This document shows positions 19,027-27,900 of a stretch of 64,000 nt of DNA, one piece after another. The stretch covers positions 5,741-69,740 of the forward strand of contig DBXJ01000034.1 of assembly GCA_002309475.1 (NCBI GenBank). The letters are read 5' to 3'. Each line of letters begins with the position of its first letter. Position 1 is the stretch's first letter. Source of the DNA: Bacteroidales bacterium UBA1215. GTDB taxonomy: Bacteria; Bacteroidota; Bacteroidia; Bacteroidales; WCHB1-69. Under the pieces are notes generated by a model that saw only the letters and a list, made by a program, of their open reading frames with translations, was not told the origin of the DNA and made no database searches. The translations under genes were made by a program, and so were the position numbers.

Positions 19027-19692
19027 ATGGAATATAATACACAAAAAGAAAAGTTGATCAATGGCGAATATGGTCGTCATATTCAAAAGATGATTGCCTA
19101 CTGTGCCGGCATTAAAAACCGAGATTTACGCAACGAACAAGCCAAAAGCATTATCCACACAATGGCTATGTTGAATCCCGGACCAAAAGATACCGAAGAT
19201 TTTTGGCACAATTTGTGGGACCAACTGTTTATCATTTCTAATTTTCAATTAGATGTTGACAGCCCTTTTGAACGTCCTGACAAAGAAACGGTTCAAAAAC
19301 GCCCGCAAATCATTCCTTATCCAAAACATCAAATTACTTTCCGTCCTTACGGCCATTTGATGGAATCCATTATCAAAAAAGTAGCCGAAGAGGAAGGGGA
19401 CGCAAAAGAAATTGTAGTGAACAATATTGCCAAACATTTAAAAAAACAATACCTCACTTGGAATAGAGATTCGGTAAGCGATGAGTTGATATTGGAACAT
19501 TTGGACACACTTTCTAACGGGAAATTACACTTAAGCGGTGATTTTCAATTGCCAAGCACACAATCTATCCTAAAAGACGCCAACGAAAAGAATATTAGCA
19601 ATACAAAATCCAACAAAGCCAAGAAAAAGAAGAAGAAAAAATCCAACAAACAACAGAACAATCCTCAAAATCAACAATTTAATACAAAATAA
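19027..19692 (+). CDS. DUF4290 domain-containing protein
   Basis: MEYNTQKEKLINGEYGRHIQKMI... matches my recollection of the DUF4290 N-terminus. It has a Lys/Asn/Gln-rich low-complexity tail. Confidence 0.65.
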   Translation: MEYNTQKEKLINGEYGRHIQKMIAYCAGIKNRDLRNEQAKSIIHTMAMLNPGPKDTEDFWHNLWDQLFIISNFQLDVDSPFERPDKETVQKRPQIIPYPKHQITFRPYGHLMESIIKKVAEEEGDAKEIVVNNIAKHLKKQYLTWNRDSVSDELILEHLDTLSNGKLHLSGDFQLPSTQSILKDANEKNISNTKSNKAKKKKKKKSNKQQNNPQNQQFNTK

Positions 19693-19693
19693 C

Positions 19694-20638
19694 ATGGAAG
19701 AAAAAACAAAATGCCTGATTATCGGTTCGGGACCTGCCGGCTATACTGCCGGTATCTACACTTCACGTGCCAACCTGCATCCCATTCTCTACGAAGGATT
19801 GCAAGTCGGCGGACAATTGACGATCACCACAGAGGTAGAAAATTTTCCCGGATTTCCAGAAGGTGTGCAAGGAACCGACTTGATGGAACATATACGTCAA
19901 CAGGCTCTAAAATTTGGCACTGACATTCGCTCCGGAATGATCACAAAAGTAGATTTTTCACAACGTCCCTTCCACTGCACCGCTGACGACGGCACGATTA
20001 TTATTGCCGACACGGTTATTGTGGCAACAGGAGCTTCTGCCCGTTGGTTAGGATTAGACTCTGAAAAAAAATTCAATGGTTATGGCGTTTCCGCCTGTGC
20101 TACTTGTGATGGTTTTTTCTATCGCGGTAAAGATGTTGCCGTGATTGGCGGAGGTGACACGGCTGCCGAAGAAGCCACCTATTTGGCATCTTTGTGCCGA
20201 AAAGTCTATTTGGTACATCGTAGAAACGAACTCCGTGCCAGCAAAGCCATGCAACAACGTGTTTTTAATACAGAAAATATCGAAATGGTATGGGATAGCG
20301 TTCCTGTAGAAATATTGGGTGAAGAACAAAAATTCAGCAAAAATGTTACCGGATTAAAGATAAAAAATGTCAAAACCGAGCAAGAATCCATCTTGAATAT
20401 AGAAGGTGTTTTTATTGCCATCGGACATCACCCTAACACCGAAGTTTTCAACAATCAATTGGAATTAGATGCCGAAGGTTACATTCTCACCCAACCCGGC
20501 ACTTCCAAGACCAATATTCCGGGAGTATTTGCCGCAGGAGACGTACAAGACAAACAATATAAACAGGCCATTACCGCTGCTGCAGCCGGTTGCAAGGCTG
20601 CTGTTGACGCAGAACATTTTCTATTGGAAAATGCTTAA
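19694..20638 (+). CDS. trxB: thioredoxin-disulfide reductase
   Basis: FAD site IIGSGPAGYTAGIY, redox-active CATCDG and NADPH site GGGDTAAEEA. Confidence 0.95.
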   Translation: MEEKTKCLIIGSGPAGYTAGIYTSRANLHPILYEGLQVGGQLTITTEVENFPGFPEGVQGTDLMEHIRQQALKFGTDIRSGMITKVDFSQRPFHCTADDGTIIIADTVIVATGASARWLGLDSEKKFNGYGVSACATCDGFFYRGKDVAVIGGGDTAAEEATYLASLCRKVYLVHRRNELRASKAMQQRVFNTENIEMVWDSVPVEILGEEQKFSKNVTGLKIKNVKTEQESILNIEGVFIAIGHHPNTEVFNNQLELDAEGYILTQPGTSKTNIPGVFAAGDVQDKQYKQAITAAAAGCKAAVDAEHFLLENA

Positions 20639-20657
20639 TGACCTATTGTCAGCATCA

Positions 20658-20689
20658 AATAGGCGGAACAAAGTTCCGCCTATTTTTTT
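20658..20689 (+). terminator. rho-independent terminator after trxB (overlaps the 3' end of the convergent gene)
   Basis: aataggcggaac pairs with gttccgcctatt (12-bp stem, 3-nt loop), followed by a T-run. Confidence 0.7.
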
Positions 20690-21255
20690 AAGTAATCTTT
20701 TATTTCTGCCACTATAGGCTTGATGCTGGTAAAACGATGCCCGTATCCGTCAAAATATTTAAAATGGTGACATTGCGGATATTTTTGTTCCAAATAATGA
20801 TGGTCGCCCAACAATTCATCGTCATTTGACAGCAAAAAACGAGTGTTTTCATCTGTCAAGACTATCTTAGAAAATTCGTCCTCCTCAAACCGCCTGCATT
20901 TTTCAATATCCTGCTCGGTGATAACATATTTTTGTTTGGTAATATAATTTTGATTTTCTCCCAAAAATCGTTTCAAAGTGTCTGTCAAATGGGTTACCGG
21001 ATTGATGGCTATACATTTGCAATGATATTTGGCACTTGCATACAAAGCCATAAAACCTCCGGCAGACGTTCCTACCACTATATCTATTTTGTTGGTAATA
21101 AAAGTAGATCGCAACAATTTTAAGGCTAAATCGAATTGTTTATAGTCAAAAGTGGGAGAAATAATTTTATAATTCGGCAACTCCGTGCGAAGAGCCTGAC
21201 TTTTAAAAGTTGTTCCTGCTGAATTAAATCCGTGAATATATAAAATGGTTGTCAT
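20680..21255 (-). CDS. YqiA/YcfP-family alpha/beta hydrolase (esterase)
   Basis: ILYIHGFNSAG N-terminus and GTSAGG nucleophile elbow; 191 aa. Confidence 0.7.
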   Translation of the reverse strand: MTTILYIHGFNSAGTTFKSQALRTELPNYKIISPTFDYKQFDLALKLLRSTFITNKIDIVVGTSAGGFMALYASAKYHCKCIAINPVTHLTDTLKRFLGENQNYITKQKYVITEQDIEKCRRFEEDEFSKIVLTDENTRFLLSNDDELLGDHHYLEQKYPQCHHFKYFDGYGHRFTSIKPIVAEIKDYLKK

Positions 21256-21312
21256 GTTATTTTTTTTACTTAATTTTCAATTTTTATCTTGGCAAAAGTA
21301 CTAAAAAAATAC

Positions 21313-21320
21313 TATCTTTG
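21313..21320 (+). promoter_or_regulatory. -7 promoter box for the S9 peptidase gene
   Basis: TATCTTTG lies inside the ORF-track extension (..KYYLCIL..), 19 nt upstream of the ATG at 21340. Confidence 0.5.
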
Positions 21321-21339
21321 CATTTTAAATTTAAAAAAT

Positions 21340-23370
21340 ATGCAGAAAAAAGGATTTTTTATTAGTATTTGTTTTATCATTATCACTTGGTCTATGAATG
21401 CACAAGAAAAACGTTATACCCCTGAATTGCTATGGGACTTGAATCGGTTGAGCGGCATGGAATGTTCTCCTGACGGCAAACAACTGCTATTTGGTCTCAC
21501 CCATTACGATGTCAATGCCAATACCGGCAATCGTGATTTATACACCATCAGCACACAAGGCGGCAACATGCAATTGATTACCAACACACCGACTATCAGC
21601 GAATTTGAAGCTGTCTGGACACCTGACGGCAAAAAAATTGCCTTTCTGGCTCCTGATGAAAGCGGAGACATGCAAATTTTCACCATCAACCCCGATGGCA
21701 GCCAAAAAACTAAAATTTCTGCCGTAAAAGGCGGTATTGAGGGATTTAAAATTTCTGCCGACATGAGCAAAATTCTCTATACGCATTTGGTGAAATTGGA
21801 TGCAGAAGTCAAAGATATCTATCCAGACCTCCCCAAAGCCAATGCACTTATTGCCGACGACTTGATGTATCGTCATTGGAATGCATGGACCAACTATTCC
21901 TACAGCCATATTTTTGTTGCCGACTTCCCTGCCATGCAAAATGCTATTGACATTATGGAAGGAGAACGCTTCGCAAGTCCTATTCCCAACTATGGTGGCA
22001 TGGAAGAAATTTGCTTCAGTCCGGACGGAACAAAAATTGTTTATACCAGCAAGAAAAAAGTCGGCAAAGATTTTGCCTTAAGTACCAATTCTGACATTTA
22101 TATATATGATATTGCAAAAAAATCCACTACCAACCTTTCCGCTTCCAATCCCGGCTACGACATTGACCCGGCATTCAGTCCCAACGGAAAACTATTGGTA
22201 TGGGCAAGCATGGCTACAGACGGTTTTGAATCGGATTTAAAACGTATTTTTATCCACAATTTTGACAAAGGTACCACCGAAAATTACAGCGGAACTTTCG
22301 AAGAAGGTGCATCTAATTTCACTTTTAGCAAAGATGGAAAAATACTTTATTTTATCAGTCCGATAAAAGGTACCAACCAAATTTTCTATCTGGATATTGC
22401 CAAAAAGCAAATACACCAACTCACTTTCGGACAACATGACTATACTTCTATCTGTTTGGGAGCAAAAGAATTGTATGGCACAAGAGAATCCATGGAAGTG
22501 CCGTCTGACATATACAGCATTGATTTAAAAACAGGAAAAGAAAAACAATTGACATTTGTCAACAAAGAAAAATTAGCAGGTGTGGCATCCATCAAAGTGG
22601 AAGAACGCTGGGTGAACACTACCGACGGCCAAAAAATGTTGGTATGGGTGATATTGCCACCCGATTTTGACAAGACAAAAAAATATCCTGCCGTATTGTT
22701 CTGCGAAGGCGGACCACAATCAATGGTGAGCCAGTTTTTCTCCTATCGCTGGAATTTTCAAATGATGGCATCAAGGGGTTATGTGGTTGTAGCCCCCAAC
22801 AGACGCGGTTTGCCGGGATTCGGAAAAGCTTGGAACGACCAAATCAGTTTGGACTACGGCGGACAAAATATGAAAGACTATCTTAGTGCTATAGACGCCA
22901 TTGCCAAAGAAGACTATGTGGACGAAAACCGCTTGGGATGTGTAGGTGCCAGTTATGGAGGATTCTCTGTGTATTGGTTGGCCGGACACCACGAAAAACG
23001 CTTCAAAGCTTTTATTGCCCACTGCGGCATGTTTAATTTCAAAAGTTGGTATGCCACCACCGAAGAATTGTTTTTCGCCAACCACGATATAGGCGGTCCT
23101 TTCTGGGAGAAACCGGAACCCCACAGCTACGCTTTTTCGCCTAACAACTTTGTGGACAAATGGGACACCCCTATTATGGTGATACATGGCGGCAATGATT
23201 TCCGCATCCCTTACACCGAAGGTTTGCAAGCCTATAACATAGCACAAATAAAAGGTATTCCCAGCAAACTATTATATTTCCCTGACGAAACCCATTTTGT
23301 ATTAAAACCGCAAAATGCCATTCTCTGGCAAAGAGAATTCTTAGGATGGTTGGATAAATGGTTGAAATAA
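21340..23370 (+). CDS. S9 family serine peptidase (prolyl oligopeptidase/dipeptidyl peptidase type)
   Basis: Signal peptide MQKKGFFISICFIIITWSMNAQ, a beta-propeller region with repeated SPDGK motifs and a catalytic domain with GASYGG. Start corrected from 21289. Confidence 0.85.
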   Translation: MQKKGFFISICFIIITWSMNAQEKRYTPELLWDLNRLSGMECSPDGKQLLFGLTHYDVNANTGNRDLYTISTQGGNMQLITNTPTISEFEAVWTPDGKKIAFLAPDESGDMQIFTINPDGSQKTKISAVKGGIEGFKISADMSKILYTHLVKLDAEVKDIYPDLPKANALIADDLMYRHWNAWTNYSYSHIFVADFPAMQNAIDIMEGERFASPIPNYGGMEEICFSPDGTKIVYTSKKKVGKDFALSTNSDIYIYDIAKKSTTNLSASNPGYDIDPAFSPNGKLLVWASMATDGFESDLKRIFIHNFDKGTTENYSGTFEEGASNFTFSKDGKILYFISPIKGTNQIFYLDIAKKQIHQLTFGQHDYTSICLGAKELYGTRESMEVPSDIYSIDLKTGKEKQLTFVNKEKLAGVASIKVEERWVNTTDGQKMLVWVILPPDFDKTKKYPAVLFCEGGPQSMVSQFFSYRWNFQMMASRGYVVVAPNRRGLPGFGKAWNDQISLDYGGQNMKDYLSAIDAIAKEDYVDENRLGCVGASYGGFSVYWLAGHHEKRFKAFIAHCGMFNFKSWYATTEELFFANHDIGGPFWEKPEPHSYAFSPNNFVDKWDTPIMVIHGGNDFRIPYTEGLQAYNIAQIKGIPSKLLYFPDETHFVLKPQNAILWQREFLGWLDKWLK

Positions 23371-23375
23371 AAAAA

Positions 23376-23398
23376 AGAGGCGATTGCCTCTTTTTTTT
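23376..23398 (+). terminator. rho-independent terminator after the S9 peptidase gene
   Basis: gaggc pairs with gcctc (loop gatt), followed by T8. Confidence 0.65.
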
Positions 23399-23441
23399 AC
23401 ATACAAATCTTTTCTCCTTACACATCTCGACACCTCCTATT

Positions 23442-23462
23442 CCTGAAAAATCATGATTTTTC
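23442..23462. repeat. perfect 18-nt palindrome gaaaaatcatgatttttc within cctgaaaaatcatgatttttc
   Basis: Read directly. A related cctgaac..aaaaatcaaattgattttttc occurs at 33054..33086. Confidence 0.7.
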
Positions 23463-23521
23463 GGGATTTGTATTAATTAAATATGATAATAGAAGTGTTG
23501 ACGAAAAGAATAAAATAAGGT

Positions 23522-24208
23522 TCAGGACAACTTTAGAGTTTTTTTTCTAAAATTCTTTAATAGCAAATTGAATAAATTTTCATGTCGATGATTATATCTA
23601 AATTCACATTCTTTAATATGTAAAATAAAAGTTTGTTTATCAATTCCTCTAAATTTTGTTAATCTACTTTTACACAATCCCCAAAAATTCTCTATACCAT
23701 TTGTATGTATTTTCCCATTTCTTACAAACTCATTATTATTATGAATAACAGTTAAATGATTAGAAAAACCATTGCCAATTAAGTGACGATATGTAGTAAA
23801 TCCATCTGTATATATTGTTGAATTGTCAGAAATAACTTGTTTAATTAAAGGCAATAATGTAGAATGTTTACAATCTCTAACTACAAAGGTAGAAACATTA
23901 CTACCCCTCTTTAATATACCAAATACGATTGTTTTTTCTTTTGCTCCACGACCTCGTATTCCTCGTACTCTGCAAGCACCAAAATAACTTTCATCAAGTT
24001 CATATTCTCCATCTGAACAGATAGTCTCTTCATCGCATATTTCCTTTATTCGAATTCTAAAACAGTAGAATAATTTATTGATACTTTGGCGAGAAATGTG
24101 AGTTATTTCAGCTACTTTTTTAGCTTCTATATCTAAACAAAAACAACGTAAAATTTGTCTAAATGTGCGTTCATTAATATGAGCATGCTCTAAATACTTA
24201 TTTTTCAT
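23522..24208 (-). CDS. IS1595 family (ISXO2-like) DDE transposase
   Basis: N-terminal HTH-like ERTFRQILRCFCLDIEAKKVAEITHISRQSINKLF. The DDE region has ELDESYFG, IYTDGF, HTNGIENFW and ECEFRYNHR blocks typical of IS1595 transposases. Confidence 0.85.
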   Translation of the reverse strand: MKNKYLEHAHINERTFRQILRCFCLDIEAKKVAEITHISRQSINKLFYCFRIRIKEICDEETICSDGEYELDESYFGACRVRGIRGRGAKEKTIVFGILKRGSNVSTFVVRDCKHSTLLPLIKQVISDNSTIYTDGFTTYRHLIGNGFSNHLTVIHNNNEFVRNGKIHTNGIENFWGLCKSRLTKFRGIDKQTFILHIKECEFRYNHRHENLFNLLLKNFRKKTLKLS

Positions 24209-24210
24209 CT

Positions 24211-24235
24211 TTGTATCAATTAGTTATTGATACAA
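24211..24235. promoter_or_regulatory. inverted repeat immediately upstream of the transposase start
   Basis: ttgtatcaa (24211-24219) and ttgatacaa (24227-24235) form 9-bp arms with a 7-nt loop, 2 nt from the ATG at 24208. Candidate operator or translational hairpin. Confidence 0.45.
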
Positions 24236-24243
24236 AAATAACG

Positions 24244-24257
24244 CTAAAGTTGTCTTG
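24244..24257. repeat. subterminal copy of the IS terminal repeat
   Basis: ctaaagttgtcttg versus terminal ctaaagttgtcctg: 13/14 identical, same orientation, about 80 bp inside the right end. Confidence 0.5.
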
Positions 24258-24368
24258 TGTAAATCTGCAACATTTTTTTGACTATATTGAGCAAATATTC
24301 AATCTATTATACAATATTTTTGTTTCTAAAGTTGTCCTGAACCAAATTTTATTTACATAAATTCAAAA

Positions 24369-24854
24369 CTACTTACAACAAGAATAAATTATCGTTACCA
24401 CTATAGACGCAATGGATAGAACAATAGTAGTTCCTATACCATACACTGCTGCACGAAAAGCTGACCTATTTGCTGTATCAAACTGTTTCCACAAATAGCA
24501 AAAATTATTTGCTCGTTCAACTATAACCTTCTTTTTCTTTTGATTGTTTTGTGGGAATAGTTCCTTTTGGGTTCTATACCCCAAAGCGATTTCTTCACTG
24601 TTTATTCCATTGCAAGCACGACATTTACGATAAACAGGTTTGCCTTCCCCATCCTCTCGACTTATTTTTACTAAACCCTCCCAGTAATATTGAGGTCTAA
24701 TTTGTCTTTTTGTTTTTTTACATATAAGACTACCAAGGCTTTTACTATAAACCAATGCAAAATTTTCATAATCTATGGTTTTATCCATAAAATCTTGTGG
24801 AATATTTTCTACTTTAAATGTATTTATTTCTTCTTTATTATTATTTTTACACAT
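24369..24854 (-). CDS. hypothetical tail-anchored membrane protein
   Basis: 161-aa AT-rich ORF with a single C-terminal TM helix (AAVYGIGTTIVLSIASIVVTIIY). No family recognised. It lies 59 nt downstream of the 1659-aa gene on the same strand. Confidence 0.5.
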   Translation of the reverse strand: MCKNNNKEEINTFKVENIPQDFMDKTIDYENFALVYSKSLGSLICKKTKRQIRPQYYWEGLVKISREDGEGKPVYRKCRACNGINSEEIALGYRTQKELFPQNNQKKKKVIVERANNFCYLWKQFDTANRSAFRAAVYGIGTTIVLSIASIVVTIIYSCCK

Positions 24855-24913
24855 ATTCTATATTTTTATTTATCATTTAATATAAAATTCTTTAAATTAC
24901 TAAAATATATTTT

Positions 24914-27900
24914 CTATTGATTTACATTTCGTACTAAACGAATAGAAAGACCAAAATAACGATTTAAGGTTATTGATGGATTAAGATCGTACGAACCAAA
25001 AGTCAAGTAATAAGCGTAATCGCTATTGTAACACGTAGATGACCAATAGTAACCACCTGGGCCGGCAGCATTAATAGAAACTCTTTTGCGATTACCCGCA
25101 GACGGCAAAAAAACACAACCCGCAGCATCCATCTTGGCCCAATCATTTACATTGATAATATTTGATGTATGCAACGCATTTTGTGTATTGGGATTATTTA
25201 ATAGATAAATAGATGTACTCCAATCATCAGGCACAATAATTAAACCTTCAACACCATTGATAGTGGCTTTTGCATAACGTATGCCTGAAATAGTACTACG
25301 CGTATTCAACAGATAAGCCCATTCATTTTGAGTCAATGTACGCCATGTACCCGGTGCATCAGTCGTATTCGTTTTAGGATTATAAATGGCATTATACACG
25401 CCCCAGTCATAATTAGTTCCTGAAATATTGATACTACCATTTCCATAATCCGAATAATTTGTACTTGTTGTATAAGGATATTTATTATTATATCCGCTGG
25501 TACCCCAACCAAATAAATCTATCCATCCGGAGTATGAAGAATCTATGTTGCTATTATTTGTACCAATAGTATCCCATTGTTGAGGAGCAAATCTCCATGT
25601 GCCTGCAGCAGTTCCATTACCTGCCACTACATGAGTGGTGGCAGTAGTTCCACCATTCTTGGCACTCCATTGCAGATTGCCGGGTGAAAATAACACCTTT
25701 TGTGTGGCAGAAACGGAAAATTGTGCATTACTTTGTGTTGCCGGAGTAGTAAATGTATCTTGGTTGCCGTAAGCTGTACCTGCAGCATTGGTTGCATAGG
25801 CTCGAACATAATAAGTTGTACCTGATTTTAATCTGGTGATATTACTTGTAAAACTACCAATACCACTGCTATCGGAAGTATGGTTGCTATTTATGGTAGG
25901 ATTGGGCAATGTATCCCAACAAATTCCTCGGGCTATTACCACGGCTCCACCATTAGACGTGATAATTCCTCCGCTAACTGCAGAACTATCGGTTATATTA
26001 CTTACCACTATGGTAGTAAGTATGGGAATTGTAATGTTTGCTTTTGTAGTAAACGTCACTTGATTGCCATATGTAATACCTGCAGCATTGGTTGCATAGG
26101 CTCGAACATAATAAGTAGTATTACTTGTTAAGCCGGTAAGATTGCTTGTAAAACTACCTGTATCTAATCCATTGTTTGTATGATTATCATTTATAGTAGG
26201 ATTTGGAGAGGTACTCCAACATATTCCACGAGTTGTAACCATAGAACCTCCATCTGAGATTATATTGCCTCCGCTAACTGCAGAACTATCTGTTATGTTA
26301 CTTGCTACTATAGTGTTAATTACAGGTAAATTTTGAACTAAATTGCTAACATCTTGAACAAGGCGAACAGAAAGACCAAGATCGGTATAATAACTGTACA
26401 AAGGATTTACACTGATCGAATCAAATTTCAATTCGTATGCGTATTTATTATTTATAATAGACATATTTGCAGACCAATAAAATCCGGTATAATTAACATG
26501 AAAGGTCGAAGTCCCACTACGGTCTCCTGCTGCAGGTAGGAAGACACAACCTGATCTTTCCATATATAACCAATCCAATCCTTTAATAGTATTAGAACTA
26601 TATGGTGCATTTAAAGTATTAGGCATACTAAATTTGTTAGATGAGAGATAACAAGTGTCAGGAACAATAATTAAACCTCTCACTCCATTCACCACAGCTT
26701 TTGCATAACGTATGCCGGATGAGGTTGTACGAGTATTCAACAAATAATTCCATTCATCTTTGGTCAAAGTTCGCCATGTCCCCGGAGCATCTGTATGATT
26801 GGTTTTAGAATTATAAATAGCATTATACACACCCCAATCATAATTAGTACCTGATATATCGTTACTCCCATTGCCATAATTCGAAATTGTACCACCATTA
26901 GGATTATTATTATTATATCCGCTTGATCCCCAATAAAATAAGTCTATCCATCCAGTATAAGAAGTATCTATTAACCTCCTATTATTGACACCAATGGTAT
27001 CCCACTGATTGGGGGCAAAACGCCATGTTCCGGTAGCAGTACCATTTCCTACTACTGCATGAGTAGTGGCAGTATTACCACCATTGGTGACACTCCACTG
27101 CAAATTGCCAGATGAAAATAACACCTTTTGTGTGTCAGTAACGGAAAATAGTAAATTAGGCGTTGGAAGAGTTATAAATTCAACTTGATTGCCGTATGCT
27201 GTACCGCCAGCATTGGTAGCGTATGCTCGAACATAATACTTGGTGTAGCCATATAAATTAGTAAGATAGCCTACAAAATTACCTGTATCACTACCATTAC
27301 TTGTATGATAATCATTAATAGTAGGATTAGGAGAAGTACTCCAACATATTCCACGAGTAGTTACCATAGCACCTCCATCTGAAGTTATATAACCTCCACA
27401 AACTGCAGAACTACCAGTTATATTACTGGCTATTATAGTGTTAACTACTGGTAAATTTCGTATTGGTTTGTTAATATCATGAACAAGGCGAACAGACAAA
27501 CCATATCTGCGCCACCTACTTCCCCAACCGACACTTTGATTGGAAAACCCAATATAACTCGCACCTGTTTCAGTAACGTTCCTAGCCGACCAGTATACAC
27601 CACTGGAACCGATATAGATGACCGAATCCCAACTATTACGCCTGCCGGCAGCTGGAAGAAAAACACAACCTGCAGAATCCAATTTCACCCAATCTAAAGC
27701 ATTAATCACGTTGGAAATAAATGTTGCACTTTTTATATTTGTACTATCCAATGCATATATAGAGTTACTCCAATTGTCAGGAACAATAATTAAACCATTC
27801 ACTCCATTCACCACAGCTTTAGCATAACGAATACCAGATAGAGTATTTCGTGTACTTAGCAAATACCCCCATTCATCCCCATATTCATCAACCCATCCTT

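Larger units (their letters stand above)
23519..24343 (-). mobile_element. IS1595-family insertion sequence (825 bp)
   Basis: 19-bp perfect terminal inverted repeats ggttcaggacaactttaga (23519..23537; revcomp at 24325..24343) enclose a single ISXO2-like DDE transposase ORF whose stop lies inside the left IR. Confidence 0.85.

Noticed and set aside
19621-19641. The aagaaaaagaagaagaaaaaa run (poly-Lys tail of the DUF4290 protein), considered as a slippery or phase-variable tract.
   Set aside because: It is an imperfect purine-rich run rather than a homopolymer, lies at the extreme 3' end of the gene, and encodes a plausible low-complexity basic tail.
23431-23438. The sequence cacctcct resembles the 3' end of 16S rRNA.
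   Set aside because: It is an isolated 8-mer in an AT-rich intergenic region with no surrounding rRNA-like sequence. This is a chance match.
23511-23518. Is there an 8-bp target-site duplication for the IS1595 element?
   Set aside because: The flanks taaaataa (left) and aaatttta (right) are not identical, so no duplication can be claimed.
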